Positions 10,509 through 20,627 of a stretch of 64,000 nucleotides of DNA are shown piece after piece. The DNA is taken from positions 320,001-384,000 of the forward strand of contig JAZIGN010000003.1 in assembly GCA_036679065.1 (NCBI GenBank), given 5' to 3'. Origin of the DNA: Coprothermobacterota bacterium (GTDB taxonomy: Bacteria > Coprothermobacterota > Coprothermobacteria > Coprothermobacterales > Coprothermobacteraceae). The notes below the pieces were generated by a model. The model searched no databases, was not told where the DNA came from, and saw only the letters and a program-made list of their open reading frames with translations. Position numbers and translations under genes: made by a program. Numbering within the stretch: position 1 is the stretch's first letter; every line of letters begins with the position of its first letter.

Positions 10509-10748
10509 TTGGCAGAGGTAAAACCAGATTACACATTGGACATGAAAGGCGAAGTTTGCCCGGTTCCGGACGTGGAGACCAGAAGGAAACTAAAGACCAT
10601 GAAGAGCGGCGAAATTCTCGAGGTTCTTATTGATTACCCGCTTTCTAAGGAACGCATTCCGGCTAGTGCTCCCAAAGAGGGAGGAGAAGTACTAAGCATT
10701 GAGGAAACTGGCCCTAGCGAATGGCGCATCGTCATCAGGAAAAAGTAG
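10509..10748 (+). CDS. TusA/YeeD-family sulfur carrier
   Basis: LDMKGEVCPVP motif; likely TTG start at 10509 after AGGAGGT RBS. Confidence 0.85.
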   Translation: MAEVKPDYTLDMKGEVCPVPDVETRRKLKTMKSGEILEVLIDYPLSKERIPASAPKEGGEVLSIEETGPSEWRIVIRKK

Positions 10749-10794
10749 TAGCACACACGAATTGTGAATCACCTTTAGAAAGGGAGGTACAACC

Positions 10795-11793
10795 ATGCAA
10801 GGCACGTTGATTGGTGGACTCATTGTTGGTCTTCTATTTGGTTTCCTGCTTCAGCGTTCCAGAATGTGCTTTAACTCTGCTATTAGGGATGTTCGTTATT
10901 TTAAAGACAATTGGTTGTGGAAACAAGGACTAATGGCAATTGCAGTGGAGACTATTGGGTTCCAGCTGATGGCTGCTTTAGGAGTAATTAAACTGAACCC
11001 ATCAGCATTCATCCCTGCTGCCCAGATTGTAGGAGGGTTCGCATTCGGTATGGGTATGGTTCTAGCAGGAGGCTGTGCGAGTGGTGTTACTTACAGAATA
11101 GGTGAGGGGAATGCCGTAGCGATCATTGCTGCCACTTTTTATGCCCTTTTCGCCGGAGCTGCCAGAAATGGAAAACTAAAATCGATTACCGCTCTGTTTG
11201 GCAAACCCATCACTGTTACCATGGAGAATCCAGGGGTTTACGCTGCCAAAGAGGGACGGGTAGCCCCAACGGTTGCTAACTTGCTGGGTATCGATCCGTG
11301 GATTGTCGCCATTGTTTTTGCTTTGATCATCTTTGCGTATTTGTTCTTCACCAAGACTTCTGAGAGAAAAGCACCTATGCACTGGACTGTGGGTGGAATT
11401 CTAATTGGTCTTGTGGGTATGCTGGCTTATTGGTCTAACCAGAGTTACAGTTTAGGTATTACCGGTGGTTGGATTAACTTATTTACTGCCACTTTAACAG
11501 ATGCACCTTACAACTGGATCGGTATGGAAGTTTTAGGCATTATGATTGGTGCTTTTATTGCCGCTTCCATCTTTAAGGAGTTCAAGATCCGCTTCCCGAA
11601 AGATCCCAAAGCTTATGTTTATGCTGTCATAGGTGGCGCTTTGATGGGTTGGGGCGCTGGTGTGGCAGGAGGTTGCAACATTGGGCACTTCTTGAGTGGT
11701 GTGCCTCATTTAGCAATCAGTTCTCTTCTGGCTACTGTATTCTTCATAGTTGGTAACTGGTTCATGTACTGGTTGCTTTACGGGAGGGATTAG
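10795..11793 (+). CDS. YeeE/YedE family thiosulfate/sulfur-compound transporter
   Basis: RSRMCF, GGCASG, GGCNIG cysteine motifs; multiple TM segments. Confidence 0.9.
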   Translation: MQGTLIGGLIVGLLFGFLLQRSRMCFNSAIRDVRYFKDNWLWKQGLMAIAVETIGFQLMAALGVIKLNPSAFIPAAQIVGGFAFGMGMVLAGGCASGVTYRIGEGNAVAIIAATFYALFAGAARNGKLKSITALFGKPITVTMENPGVYAAKEGRVAPTVANLLGIDPWIVAIVFALIIFAYLFFTKTSERKAPMHWTVGGILIGLVGMLAYWSNQSYSLGITGGWINLFTATLTDAPYNWIGMEVLGIMIGAFIAASIFKEFKIRFPKDPKAYVYAVIGGALMGWGAGVAGGCNIGHFLSGVPHLAISSLLATVFFIVGNWFMYWLLYGRD

Positions 11794-11795
11794 TA

Positions 11796-12149
11796 ATGCA
11801 CATCGTTTTGCAGGTAATTAATCCGCCTTATAGCTATGAGGATATGGATAGTGCTATAAAAATAGCTGATGCGGCTTTGAAGAAAGGTCACAAGGTATCC
11901 ATCTTTCTATTCGCTGATTCAGTGCTTTCCGTGAATACCAAAGTTAAACCCATCAGAATAGACAGGAATATACCAAATCTGCTCAAAGACTTGGCTGACA
12001 GGGGAGCGGAGATTCACATCTGCGGACTTTGCTTCGAATATCGTGGGCTGGACATTGAAGCTGCCACGCCAGGGGCTGAGCTTAGCGGTGTACCTGAGAT
12101 GGCTACTCTACTTGCCACAGCAGATCGCTATGTCAACTTCGCAGTGTAG
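11796..12149 (+). CDS. DsrE/TusD-like sulfur relay protein
   Basis: PPYS, IFLFADSV, ICGLCFEYRG. Confidence 0.8.
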   Translation: MHIVLQVINPPYSYEDMDSAIKIADAALKKGHKVSIFLFADSVLSVNTKVKPIRIDRNIPNLLKDLADRGAEIHICGLCFEYRGLDIEAATPGAELSGVPEMATLLATADRYVNFAV

Positions 12150-12152
12150 GAG

Positions 12153-12521
12153 GTGGCTAGAATGAAAAAAGTGTTGTTTGCAGTTTATCAATCCCCTGTG
12201 GGTTCCATTTGGGTAAATGAGGTATTTAGGTGCGTCTTCGGTATGTATGCTGAGGACATAGAGCCTGCCGTTTTGCTGGTACGCGATGCGGTTATTGCTT
12301 TGAATAAAGAAACCAAACCAGAACATCTTGGTTTGCTTCCACTAAGCACCACGTTTAAGTACATTGAACGCTATGAAACAAAAGTTTATGCTGTGAAAGA
12401 GTGTTTGGATTGGCGAAAGATAAATGAAGAGGACATCGATCCTAGGTGGCACGCTGAACTCATATCAGAAAAGGACTTGCCAAAGCTTTTGCACGAGTAC
12501 GATACCGTGCTGTGGTTTTAA
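12153..12521 (+). CDS. DsrF/TusC-like protein
   Basis: KKVLFAVYQSPVGS, DAV motif; lies between the DsrE- and DsrH-like genes. Confidence 0.75.
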   Translation: MARMKKVLFAVYQSPVGSIWVNEVFRCVFGMYAEDIEPAVLLVRDAVIALNKETKPEHLGLLPLSTTFKYIERYETKVYAVKECLDWRKINEEDIDPRWHAELISEKDLPKLLHEYDTVLWF

Positions 12522-12537
12522 GAAGGAGGTGCCAGTG

Positions 12538-12825
12538 ATGTCGCTAATAATGGTGAAATTCAGCCCAAACGGAAAAATGCTGAACTCGCTGCTCTTTGAT
12601 GCTGCCATGGCCGGGGACGATTTGCTGCTCATACAGGACGGCGTGTTTTACGCAGTAGCTAAGCCAGAACTTCTGGACGAACTAAAAGAGCGCGGCGTGA
12701 ATGTTTACGCTTGCAAAGACGACTTGATTGCGCGTGGTTACGATCCAAGCACGGTAAACGCAAATGTGGTGGACTACGAAGGCATTGTAGACCTGATTGA
12801 GAAAAACCCAAAGATAATAAGCTAA
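12538..12825 (+). CDS. DsrH/TusB-like protein
   Basis: LLLIQDGV, DDLIARG, VDYEGIVDL; start after AGGAGG RBS. Confidence 0.8.
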   Translation: MSLIMVKFSPNGKMLNSLLFDAAMAGDDLLLIQDGVFYAVAKPELLDELKERGVNVYACKDDLIARGYDPSTVNANVVDYEGIVDLIEKNPKIIS

Positions 12826-12885
12826 ATAAGCTAAAGGCTGACAACCTTTTTGCATAACGTTTTGGTGTGCGTTGAGATGCAGGGG

Positions 12886-12920
12886 AAGGGCTCCTCACCA
12901 AAGATGAGGAGCCCTTTTTT
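12886..12920 (+). terminator. Intrinsic terminator
   Basis: AAGGGCTCCTCA/TGAGGAGCCCTT stem followed by T-run. Confidence 0.85.
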
Positions 12921-12934
12921 ATTTCTCTACATTG

Positions 12935-14113
12935 CTATCGTGCTAAGGCTCTTGACATACCTTCCAAAGCTTGCTTAAGTAGTGTGCGAGGCATAGCATA
13001 GTTCACTCTTAGGAATCCTTCTCCTCCAGGACCGAACATGGTTCCTTCTTCCACGGCAACTTTTCCATCATGCAGTAACTTCTGGCTTACTTCAGCGCAG
13101 CTCATATGGAGCTGCCTTATGTCAAACCACGCTAGGTAGGTTCCCTCTGGTTCTATTACACTTACCGTAGGTAGGTTTTCCTGTAGAAACGTCTTTATGA
13201 ATTGCAAGTTTTCCTGCAGATACTCAAGAAGCAAATCAAGCCATGGCTCACCCCAACTGTATGCTGCCTTGGTGGCCACGATCGCAAACAGATTTGTTTT
13301 GTTCAATGCTAAAGCGAACATGGCTTCTCTAAATGTTTTTCTTAACTGTTCATCGGGAATGAACAGATTTGTGTTTTCTAAACCTGCCAAATTAAAGGTT
13401 TTGCTGACTGATGTTGCAGTGACTGTGCGTTTCGCTAGCTCTGGCGCTACATTAAGAAGGGGGTGGTGAACGTAGGAAGGGAAGACAAAATCTGCCCAGA
13501 GTTCGTCGTCAAAGATTACCACATCTTCATATTTGCTGAGTACATCTGCAAGTCCTTTGAGTTCTTCTTTGGTCCAAACACGTCCCACAGGATTATGTGG
13601 GCTGCAAAAAATGAACATTTTTGCTCCTTGACTTAATTGTTTATCTAAATCTTCCAAATTCATGCTGTAACGACCATTGTTGTTGAGCATTAGCTGGTTG
13701 TACAGCACTTGCCTCCCTGCTAGCCTTATGGTTCTTTCAAAAGGTGGGTAAACGGGTGGCTGGATGATAATACCATCTCCTGGCGAGGTAAAGGTTCTTA
13801 CAGCTACGCTAAGAGCAGAGATGGTACCTGGTGAAGTAACAATCCAATCATGCTTCACGTTCCAGCCGTGACGCCTTTGCCACCATCGGGCTACCTCTGT
13901 GTAGTATTCTTCATCTACAGTGGTATAACCAAACATGCCATGCTGAGCCCGCTCTTTAATGGCTTCCACCACTTCGGGAGGACTTCTAAAGTCCATGTCT
14001 GCTACCCACATGGGAATCGCATCATCGGTGCCATAAACGTTCTTAAGTCCATCCCATTTGCTGGAGTTGGTACCTCTACGGTCAATGATTTGGTCGAAAA
14101 AGCTTTTATCCAA
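12935..14113 (-). CDS. MalY/PatB family PLP cystathionine beta-lyase/C-S lyase
   Basis: PMWVADMDF, CSPHNPVGRVW, SKTFNLAGL, PEGTYLAW. Confidence 0.9.
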   Translation of the reverse strand: MDKSFFDQIIDRRGTNSSKWDGLKNVYGTDDAIPMWVADMDFRSPPEVVEAIKERAQHGMFGYTTVDEEYYTEVARWWQRRHGWNVKHDWIVTSPGTISALSVAVRTFTSPGDGIIIQPPVYPPFERTIRLAGRQVLYNQLMLNNNGRYSMNLEDLDKQLSQGAKMFIFCSPHNPVGRVWTKEELKGLADVLSKYEDVVIFDDELWADFVFPSYVHHPLLNVAPELAKRTVTATSVSKTFNLAGLENTNLFIPDEQLRKTFREAMFALALNKTNLFAIVATKAAYSWGEPWLDLLLEYLQENLQFIKTFLQENLPTVSVIEPEGTYLAWFDIRQLHMSCAEVSQKLLHDGKVAVEEGTMFGPGGEGFLRVNYAMPRTLLKQALEGMSRALAR

Positions 14114-14346
14114 CTAAAACACCTCCCAAAGTCCATTCTACTATGGACGTAATTCTGAGCGTCCAACACTTTTCATTGTGCGAGCTTGCTTTACTCAATA
14201 GCCTCTTTAGGAATGGTAAAAAGCGTCAAGATGTAATTTAAAATGGAAATACTTGTGGCAAAATGAGTTCTTACAGCTAAGAATGTAGAGCGATATTAAT
14301 TCTTAATTGTATTGCACTAGCAGGTTTTTGCAGGAGGTGAAGGCTG

Positions 14347-16035
14347 GTGACTACGCTTGTGTTGGTTTTTGTCTTGTGCGCTGTGGCCTCTGGGCTGTTA
14401 TCTCTTATACGTACAAGGTGGAGTCAGGTTCTGAGTTTGCTGATTGGCCTACTTGCTACAGGCTATGGCTGTTTCTACGGACTGGGTATTGCAGCCGAAC
14501 ACATTCAGTTTTCTGTGTACAAAGCCAACATATCTTTTATTTGGACTGGTATTGCTAGAGTTTTGTGGCCCACGGTGCTCGTTACGCTGATTTTAGTTTA
14601 TGTGGCTTTGTTTGACCTCAAGGAGAAACATTGGATTGAGCAGTTCGTTGCTCTTAGTTTGATTGGCAGCATGGGTATCTTCTTAGTACTCACCTCCAGA
14701 ACTTATCTTTCCATGTTTTTGGCGTGGGAAGTTATGCTTTGGTCTGGATTTTTCATTGTGCGATTGACCACACATGGAAAAGATGTTGTGAAAGCTAGCT
14801 TGGTTAGCAATCTTTTTTGGTCAACCTTATTCTTGATCGCAGTCATTCTGCTTTCTGCATACGGTTGGGATTCCAGTTATGGCGCCGTTGCAGAAAAGTT
14901 GGCTTCCTTCAATGTGCCATCGATGTTTGGGTTACTGCTTCTTTTCCTGGTGTTTCTTAGCAACATGGGCGTGTTCCCGTTTCACTTTTCGATGGAACGC
15001 ACGTTGGAAAGTGTGGATCCTGTTGCTGCTGCTTACCTCTCGGGAGCTACAACCAAGGCAGGGCTTTTCGGTATGTTATCCATGTCTTTGTTTACCGGAG
15101 CGGAATGGCTTTCGCACTTTGGGTCTTTGGTTTCTTTGCCTGTTGGAAGTTTGGTAATTGGCGGCGTGGTAATAGCTGGAGCGGTATACTTCACCCATAA
15201 GGCTTTGAAATCTGACGATTATCTAACCTTACTCAGTTACATTTCCAGCCTACAGCTCTCTTATGTTGCGATCATATTGCCCTTCATGCCCATGGAAGTT
15301 GATTATTTGCCTGCTGCATTCATAGGTACTGTTATGATGGCCTATGCTCACAGTTTGTCCCAGACTGGTTTGTATGTGGCAGCTGGCTGGTCTACGGAAA
15401 ATAGCTTGTCTACTGAAGGTGAAGAGACTAAAGAGTCAGTGGAGCAATTACCTCTATGGCGTAGGATGCCTTACACCAGTGTTTTGTCTTTGATCACTGG
15501 TTTATCTGCCATTGGTTTGCCACCTTTAATTGGGTTCGGTGCTTTATACATGATTTACACAGCCTTCTTCGAGATGAATCTTTATGTGCTTCCTGGTTTG
15601 CTCCTGCTAGTTACCTTGTGTTTACTACTTTGCACGATAAAGTATCTTGGTGGCTTCCTTCTCGTTAAGAAACCCAGCGGCATTCGCGAAAGAGGCATTG
15701 TGAGCATGTTGGTAAGCATTTTGACCAGCGTCGGAATTCTGGGTTTAGGTGTTTTCAATACCAGCTTACAAAAACTACTAAGCAAACCTCTCAAGTCCTT
15801 GTCGGAATTTTTTGTGTTTGATTTCAACACACAAACCGCTGCGGGTAGTTGGAATAGTTTGTACGTTTTCGCCATTCTGATAGCGGCAGTGCTCATGGCA
15901 GCCTTGGTATGGAGTTTTGGCTCTAGCGAGGAAGCAGGTGGATCTACCAATTCCAATAGCGAAGAAAGTTCTCCTGATTTGCCTGCTGCAGTTCATGACT
16001 CTGATGAGTTTCCAAAAGAAGGTGATAACCTATGA
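14347..16035 (+). CDS. Proton-conducting membrane subunit (NuoL/MrpD/EchA-like), divergent
   Basis: FLAWEVM, GVFPFH, AYLSGATTKAG, AYAHSLSQTGLY, GLPPLIGF; many TM segments. Confidence 0.7.
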   Translation: MTTLVLVFVLCAVASGLLSLIRTRWSQVLSLLIGLLATGYGCFYGLGIAAEHIQFSVYKANISFIWTGIARVLWPTVLVTLILVYVALFDLKEKHWIEQFVALSLIGSMGIFLVLTSRTYLSMFLAWEVMLWSGFFIVRLTTHGKDVVKASLVSNLFWSTLFLIAVILLSAYGWDSSYGAVAEKLASFNVPSMFGLLLLFLVFLSNMGVFPFHFSMERTLESVDPVAAAYLSGATTKAGLFGMLSMSLFTGAEWLSHFGSLVSLPVGSLVIGGVVIAGAVYFTHKALKSDDYLTLLSYISSLQLSYVAIILPFMPMEVDYLPAAFIGTVMMAYAHSLSQTGLYVAAGWSTENSLSTEGEETKESVEQLPLWRRMPYTSVLSLITGLSAIGLPPLIGFGALYMIYTAFFEMNLYVLPGLLLLVTLCLLLCTIKYLGGFLLVKKPSGIRERGIVSMLVSILTSVGILGLGVFNTSLQKLLSKPLKSLSEFFVFDFNTQTAAGSWNSLYVFAILIAAVLMAALVWSFGSSEEAGGSTNSNSEESSPDLPAAVHDSDEFPKEGDNL

Positions 16036-16949
16036 CCATAGAGAATATTTTGGGTGCCTTTGTCCTTTTACTGCTACCGCTGTTTTTCATGTTCGTTGGC
16101 CTTTTTCTTGTTGGCGTTTTTCAGTGGTTGAGGAACTTGAGTAAGCCAACCGACCAGCATGTGCCTTTCTGGAAGCCTTTTATGGATGTGGTAGCTTTTT
16201 TCAAGGAGCCTTCTACCGATTTGGGTTGGCTACCAAACCTCCTGTTTATTCTTGCCTTGGCAGTGCCTGTATTCTTGTTATGGCTGCTTCCGTTTGCTTC
16301 TGTGCCTACCATGGCAGTTCACGGCGATCTCTTAGTTGTGAGCTTTGGGCTATTTGCCAGCTCTTTGCTTATGGATCTGGCGGCAAAGTCGTTCCTAGAA
16401 ACTTCTGATGACTGCCAGCACGCTCATGGATGGAACGTTTGGGCTGTTGATTTGTCTTTGATCCTTGTGGCTTTCGTTGTGGCAGCTACTGTGGGGTCGC
16501 TGAAGCTTACTGACATCGTGAATGTGCAGTGGGGAGACATAATAAGTGGTAGCAGCCCTAGTGCTTTTAGTTTCAAAGATTGGCTAATTGGTAAACTGCC
16601 TTTAGCAGGGTTGCTGGGTATTGTTTCTTTGGGGGTTTATCTTGCAAACATTACTCAACTGTTCAGACAACAGTATTTGGAAAGTTTCCATAAGGGTGTT
16701 AGTAAATACGCCGGGATGCAGCTCTTAACGTCTTCTTTGAACGTTGCTGTGAGATTGATTCTCTATTCTCTACTGTTCTTGGGCCCCGGCTCTGTTTTAG
16801 TTACTACTCTGAAAGTACTAATGGTTTTTGTCCCTTCTGCTTTAATTGGCATGCTTGTCTCTATGGTGTCTTCAGCAAAACTCATGGGGTACTTAAATAC
16901 TTTGGTGGTTGTTCTGTCGTTTATTAGTCTGGTATTGACATCTTTATGA
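16032..16949 (+). CDS. NuoH/EchB-like membrane subunit, divergent
   Basis: PFWKPFMDVVAFFKE, GDLLVV, GSLKLTDIVNVQ; coupled to upstream gene by ATGA overlap. Confidence 0.6.
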   Translation: MTIENILGAFVLLLLPLFFMFVGLFLVGVFQWLRNLSKPTDQHVPFWKPFMDVVAFFKEPSTDLGWLPNLLFILALAVPVFLLWLLPFASVPTMAVHGDLLVVSFGLFASSLLMDLAAKSFLETSDDCQHAHGWNVWAVDLSLILVAFVVAATVGSLKLTDIVNVQWGDIISGSSPSAFSFKDWLIGKLPLAGLLGIVSLGVYLANITQLFRQQYLESFHKGVSKYAGMQLLTSSLNVAVRLILYSLLFLGPGSVLVTTLKVLMVFVPSALIGMLVSMVSSAKLMGYLNTLVVVLSFISLVLTSL

Positions 16950-16973
16950 CCTAACAATAGGAGGTATGAAGGT

Positions 16974-17300
16974 ATGCTGCAGTGTGACGAGGCAGGGAAA
17001 ACACTTTTAGGCATGCCGGAAAACTATAGAGAGTTTTTCGATTTACCAATGGAAGAGGGCAGTCCAGACCGCTGGTGGCTTTGGGTAAATACCCCAGAAG
17101 GCTTGGTAAAAGCACTTTCCGCACTGGAACTTGATCAATGGAGATACAAGTTGGAGGCAAAAATGTTAGAAGAAATGCGTGCCAAACCGACTATGAAGAT
17201 ATCTTATGATGAAGGTATGCAGCGCTGGTATGAGAAAACCAAACCTGCCATCATCAGCGACATAACCAGGAAGTTAAAGAAACACTTGCGTGATCTATGA
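16974..17300 (+). CDS. Hypothetical soluble protein
   Basis: 108-aa ORF with AGGAGG RBS, co-oriented with the membrane genes. Confidence 0.55.
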   Translation: MLQCDEAGKTLLGMPENYREFFDLPMEEGSPDRWWLWVNTPEGLVKALSALELDQWRYKLEAKMLEEMRAKPTMKISYDEGMQRWYEKTKPAIISDITRKLKKHLRDL

Positions 17301-17957
17301 CGGCTTTAAAGGTAAAAGTAAAGGTTTCAACGTGAATACACCTGCGCAGTAAGAGATTTGATCATACGTGCATTCATATACATGGGAAAGTACATTAATA
17401 ATTCCCTCTGCTACGAGATAGAATTCTTCATCATCCCACAGGCTTTGGTAATGCTTCCTGCAGGTTTCCAAATTAACCCGTTTTTCGAAGGATATATCGC
17501 CTATGAATGCTGTTCCTTGCGGTTTAAGAAGCGTAGCCAAACTTAGGAGTATTTCAATCTGTTTTTCTTCATTTAAGTGGTGCAGCGCGTACGTACTTAT
17601 TACATAATCATAATAGCCTGCTTGCTCCAGTAAACGTTCGGGCAGTCCGTTAGAGAAATCCCACTGGATAATGGTTGCATCAGGCATCTTTTCTTTGGCA
17701 GCTGTTAACATATTTGAAGAACAATCTAATGCGGTTATCCTGCTTCCAGCTTCATAAAGCATTGAAGAAAGTACGCCTGTACCTACTCCCAAGTCAAGAA
17801 TTTTGGCATCGTTCTTAGGATTTACTCGGTCCCAAATAAATGAAAGTACTTTGCTGTAGCCGGCAAAAGGGTATTTGTTCTTATGGTCAGACTCAAATAC
17901 ATCTTCGTCGTATTTTTCTGCCCATCTGTCGAATAGGTTTTCTTTAGAGAAATTCAC
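17295..17957 (-). CDS. Class I SAM-dependent methyltransferase
   Basis: ILDLGVGTG, STYALHHL. Confidence 0.85.
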   Translation of the reverse strand: MNFSKENLFDRWAEKYDEDVFESDHKNKYPFAGYSKVLSFIWDRVNPKNDAKILDLGVGTGVLSSMLYEAGSRITALDCSSNMLTAAKEKMPDATIIQWDFSNGLPERLLEQAGYYDYVISTYALHHLNEEKQIEILLSLATLLKPQGTAFIGDISFEKRVNLETCRKHYQSLWDDEEFYLVAEGIINVLSHVYECTYDQISYCAGVFTLKPLLLPLKPS

Positions 17958-17985
17958 TTTTTACCGACCGTTTATATCGTTTAAG

Positions 17986-18507
17986 CTAATAAGGTAATGA
18001 TGGTGGTTGCTGCTTAGAACTAAACGCTCCGGCAATATGCATCACGCCGGCAATGAGCAAAGCGATACCAGTTAAGACAGGTAGTGACAAAGCTGCAACA
18101 AACGGGTTAAGTATGATTAAGAATCCCGCTATTAGGAGTAGTACGTTAAGGATTATACTAGTGATGTACATTGCACTGCTTATGAGTTTGTAGAAGCCAG
18201 CTCTGGTAAGTCCTAACACACCCTCAATAAAAAACCATATGCCAATGATGAATCCTAGAGCGCTTACAGCAAAGGCTGGTCGCGTCAAGAGAATAATCCC
18301 CAAGATTATGGCTATTATTCCGTATATTAGGTTAGCAGTAGACTCTTTGTATTTGAAGAGAAAAATAACGCCACTTACTAAGACTGCAATACCTACCAAA
18401 ATAGCTAATGTAGTCATAGTAGCTGCTGGATTAGTTAAAACCAAAATGCCCACAATAATCATCAAAATGCCAATAAGCAAATTGGTCCAGTCAAAACGCG
18501 ATTCCAT
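17986..18507 (-). CDS. HdeD/DUF308 family membrane protein
   Basis: Repeated GILxIIxGxxxLxxP TM units; probable start MESRFDW at 18507. Confidence 0.8.
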   Translation of the reverse strand: MESRFDWTNLLIGILMIIVGILVLTNPAATMTTLAILVGIAVLVSGVIFLFKYKESTANLIYGIIAIILGIILLTRPAFAVSALGFIIGIWFFIEGVLGLTRAGFYKLISSAMYITSIILNVLLLIAGFLIILNPFVAALSLPVLTGIALLIAGVMHIAGAFSSKQQPPSLPY

Positions 18508-18548
18508 AACAAATCGCCTCCCCTTTGTGTGTGTATTTATGCTGGTTA

Positions 18549-19619
18549 TTATAACATAGGGATGCCTGCAGCTAGACATTCCTCCATTGTTTCCTGGGGC
18601 CAAACGCTTGCTTGTACTTCGCCGATGTGCACTTTTCTGAGAAAAATCATGCAGAGGCGTGATTGACCAATGCCTCCACCCATGGTTAAAGGAAGTTTAC
18701 CACTAAGCAATCTTTTGTGATAGGGGAGGTCTTTCTTGTGAAGTTCACCTCTAAAGTCTAACTGTTCAAGTAGGGACTTAGAATTCACTCTTATGCCCAT
18801 GGAAGAAAGTTCCACGGCTTGGTCTAAAAGAGGATAATACACAATGATGTCACCATTTAAGCCATGATAACCTTTTTCTGTTACGGTGATCCAGTCATCG
18901 TAGTCTGCTGCTCTCCCGTCGTGCGGAAGCCCATCTTTAAGTGGATAGCCAATACCTATAATAAACACGGCCCCAAAGGTTTTCACCACAGCGTCTTCTC
19001 GTTCTTTAGGGGAGAGATCAGGATACATCTTCTGCAGCTCCTCACTGTGAATGAAATGAATCCTTGAAGGCAAAAAAGGGCCTGGCAAACTAGGGAAACG
19101 TTTGCACATGTCACGTTCAGTGTCTCTGATTATTCTGTATATTTTCCTGACCACGCGTTTGAGGAATGGTAGGTTTCTTTCTGCTTCTGTGATTACTATT
19201 TCCCAATCCCATTGATCCACGTAAAAGGAATGAAGGTTGTCTACCAACTCATCAGGTCTTATGGCGTTCATATCAGTGTAAATACCTTCACCAGATAGAA
19301 AGCCATACCTGTGCAAGGCTTCTCTTTTCCATTTAGCTAAAGATTGGACAATTTCCACTTGGCTACCGTCTTTTGTGGTAAAGCTGACGGGTTTTTCAAC
19401 ACCGTTCAAGTTATCGTTTAAGCCTGTGTGGGCATTGACCATGAGTGGGGCAGATACTCTCTGCACATTGAGTGCTTTGCTCAATTTCCTTTGAAATGAG
19501 TTTTTTATCAGCTTTATGGCTACTTCTGTTTCCCTAACATCGAGGTAGGGGGAGTAAGATCGTGGTAATTTCAGTCTGCTCTTCGCTTTCATTTCCAAAC
19601 CTGTATGCAATCCCAGCAC
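18549..19619 (-). CDS. asnA: Aspartate-ammonia ligase
   Basis: SLAKWKR, YVDQWDWE, ELSSMGIRV, GGGIGQSR. Confidence 0.95.
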   Translation of the reverse strand: MLGLHTGLEMKAKSRLKLPRSYSPYLDVRETEVAIKLIKNSFQRKLSKALNVQRVSAPLMVNAHTGLNDNLNGVEKPVSFTTKDGSQVEIVQSLAKWKREALHRYGFLSGEGIYTDMNAIRPDELVDNLHSFYVDQWDWEIVITEAERNLPFLKRVVRKIYRIIRDTERDMCKRFPSLPGPFLPSRIHFIHSEELQKMYPDLSPKEREDAVVKTFGAVFIIGIGYPLKDGLPHDGRAADYDDWITVTEKGYHGLNGDIIVYYPLLDQAVELSSMGIRVNSKSLLEQLDFRGELHKKDLPYHKRLLSGKLPLTMGGGIGQSRLCMIFLRKVHIGEVQASVWPQETMEECLAAGIPML

Positions 19620-19793
19620 CCCTTTCTCTCATGCCCAACTTTTTTGTATGAAGGCAATTATAGTGGCTTAATGGCACTATGTGAAGAGAAAAGGAGAAGC
19701 ATCAATTAAGTTTCAGTTAACTTGTTATTACGAAAAAAGGAAGAGCCATCAGGCTCCTCCTTTAAAAGTCGCTTCTGCTTTGCGGTTGCTAGC

Positions 19794-20399
19794 TTAGAAT
19801 TGCTTTGCCAACTGCTCGGCTTCCTTCATGGCATCGGAAACACGCTTCTCCACGTCTTCACCGATGATGTCAAGTCGCTGTGCAGCTATTAGGGAAACAT
19901 CTTCCACGCCGAAGAACTTAAACATGGTGGTTACGTATTTACTTGCAAAGTCCCATTGGTCAAAAGGCGGAGTAAGGTATTCGCCACCTGTGGTCATGAT
20001 AACCACGGCTTTCTTGTTCTTAAGTAAACCAACAGCTCCATTTTCTGTGTATTTAAACGTAATGCCGGTTACTGTGATGTAATCAAAGTAAGCCTTTAAT
20101 ATGGCTGGAATGCTTAGGTTCCACATGGGAGTTGCTATGACGTATTTGTCTGCTTCTGCAAACTGGTATGTGTATTTGAGAACTGGATGATCCTTTAGGT
20201 TGGATTTGTCTTTAGACATTATGGTGTTGATCTCTTCTCTTGACAAGAAATGGATGTTCTCCTTGTACAAATCCAATTCGATTATCTCATCCTCTGGGTG
20301 AGCTTTTTTGTATTCGTTAATAAAATGCTCTGAAATTCTGAATGTACGTGATTCCTCGTTGTTTTTTGGGTTAGCCTTGACATAAAGCACCTTTGCCAT
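19794..20399 (-). CDS. azoR: FMN-dependent NADH-azoreductase
   Basis: PMWNLSIPAILKAYFD, GITFKYTENGAVGL. Confidence 0.85.
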   Translation of the reverse strand: MAKVLYVKANPKNNEESRTFRISEHFINEYKKAHPEDEIIELDLYKENIHFLSREEINTIMSKDKSNLKDHPVLKYTYQFAEADKYVIATPMWNLSIPAILKAYFDYITVTGITFKYTENGAVGLLKNKKAVVIMTTGGEYLTPPFDQWDFASKYVTTMFKFFGVEDVSLIAAQRLDIIGEDVEKRVSDAMKEAEQLAKQF

Positions 20400-20627
20400 G
20401 TTCTTTCAACCTCCTCATAGCTTTACAAAGTGTTATCTGTTTCACGATTAGAATTATAACCATTCAAGACAAATGTCATTCACACATTAGAATGGGTCAT
20501 AATAAACTTTTTTTAACAAAACGGGAACATGACACCGCAGTATATCTAAGCAGCAATTACCGGAAAAGCAAAAACTATTTGTGCGCCTGACAAAAGCACT
20601 TAACAATAAAACGGTTTAAATTATGGT

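Noticed and set aside
19620..19790. T-box leader upstream of asnA
   Set aside because: Too short after the azoR terminator and no T-box consensus seen.
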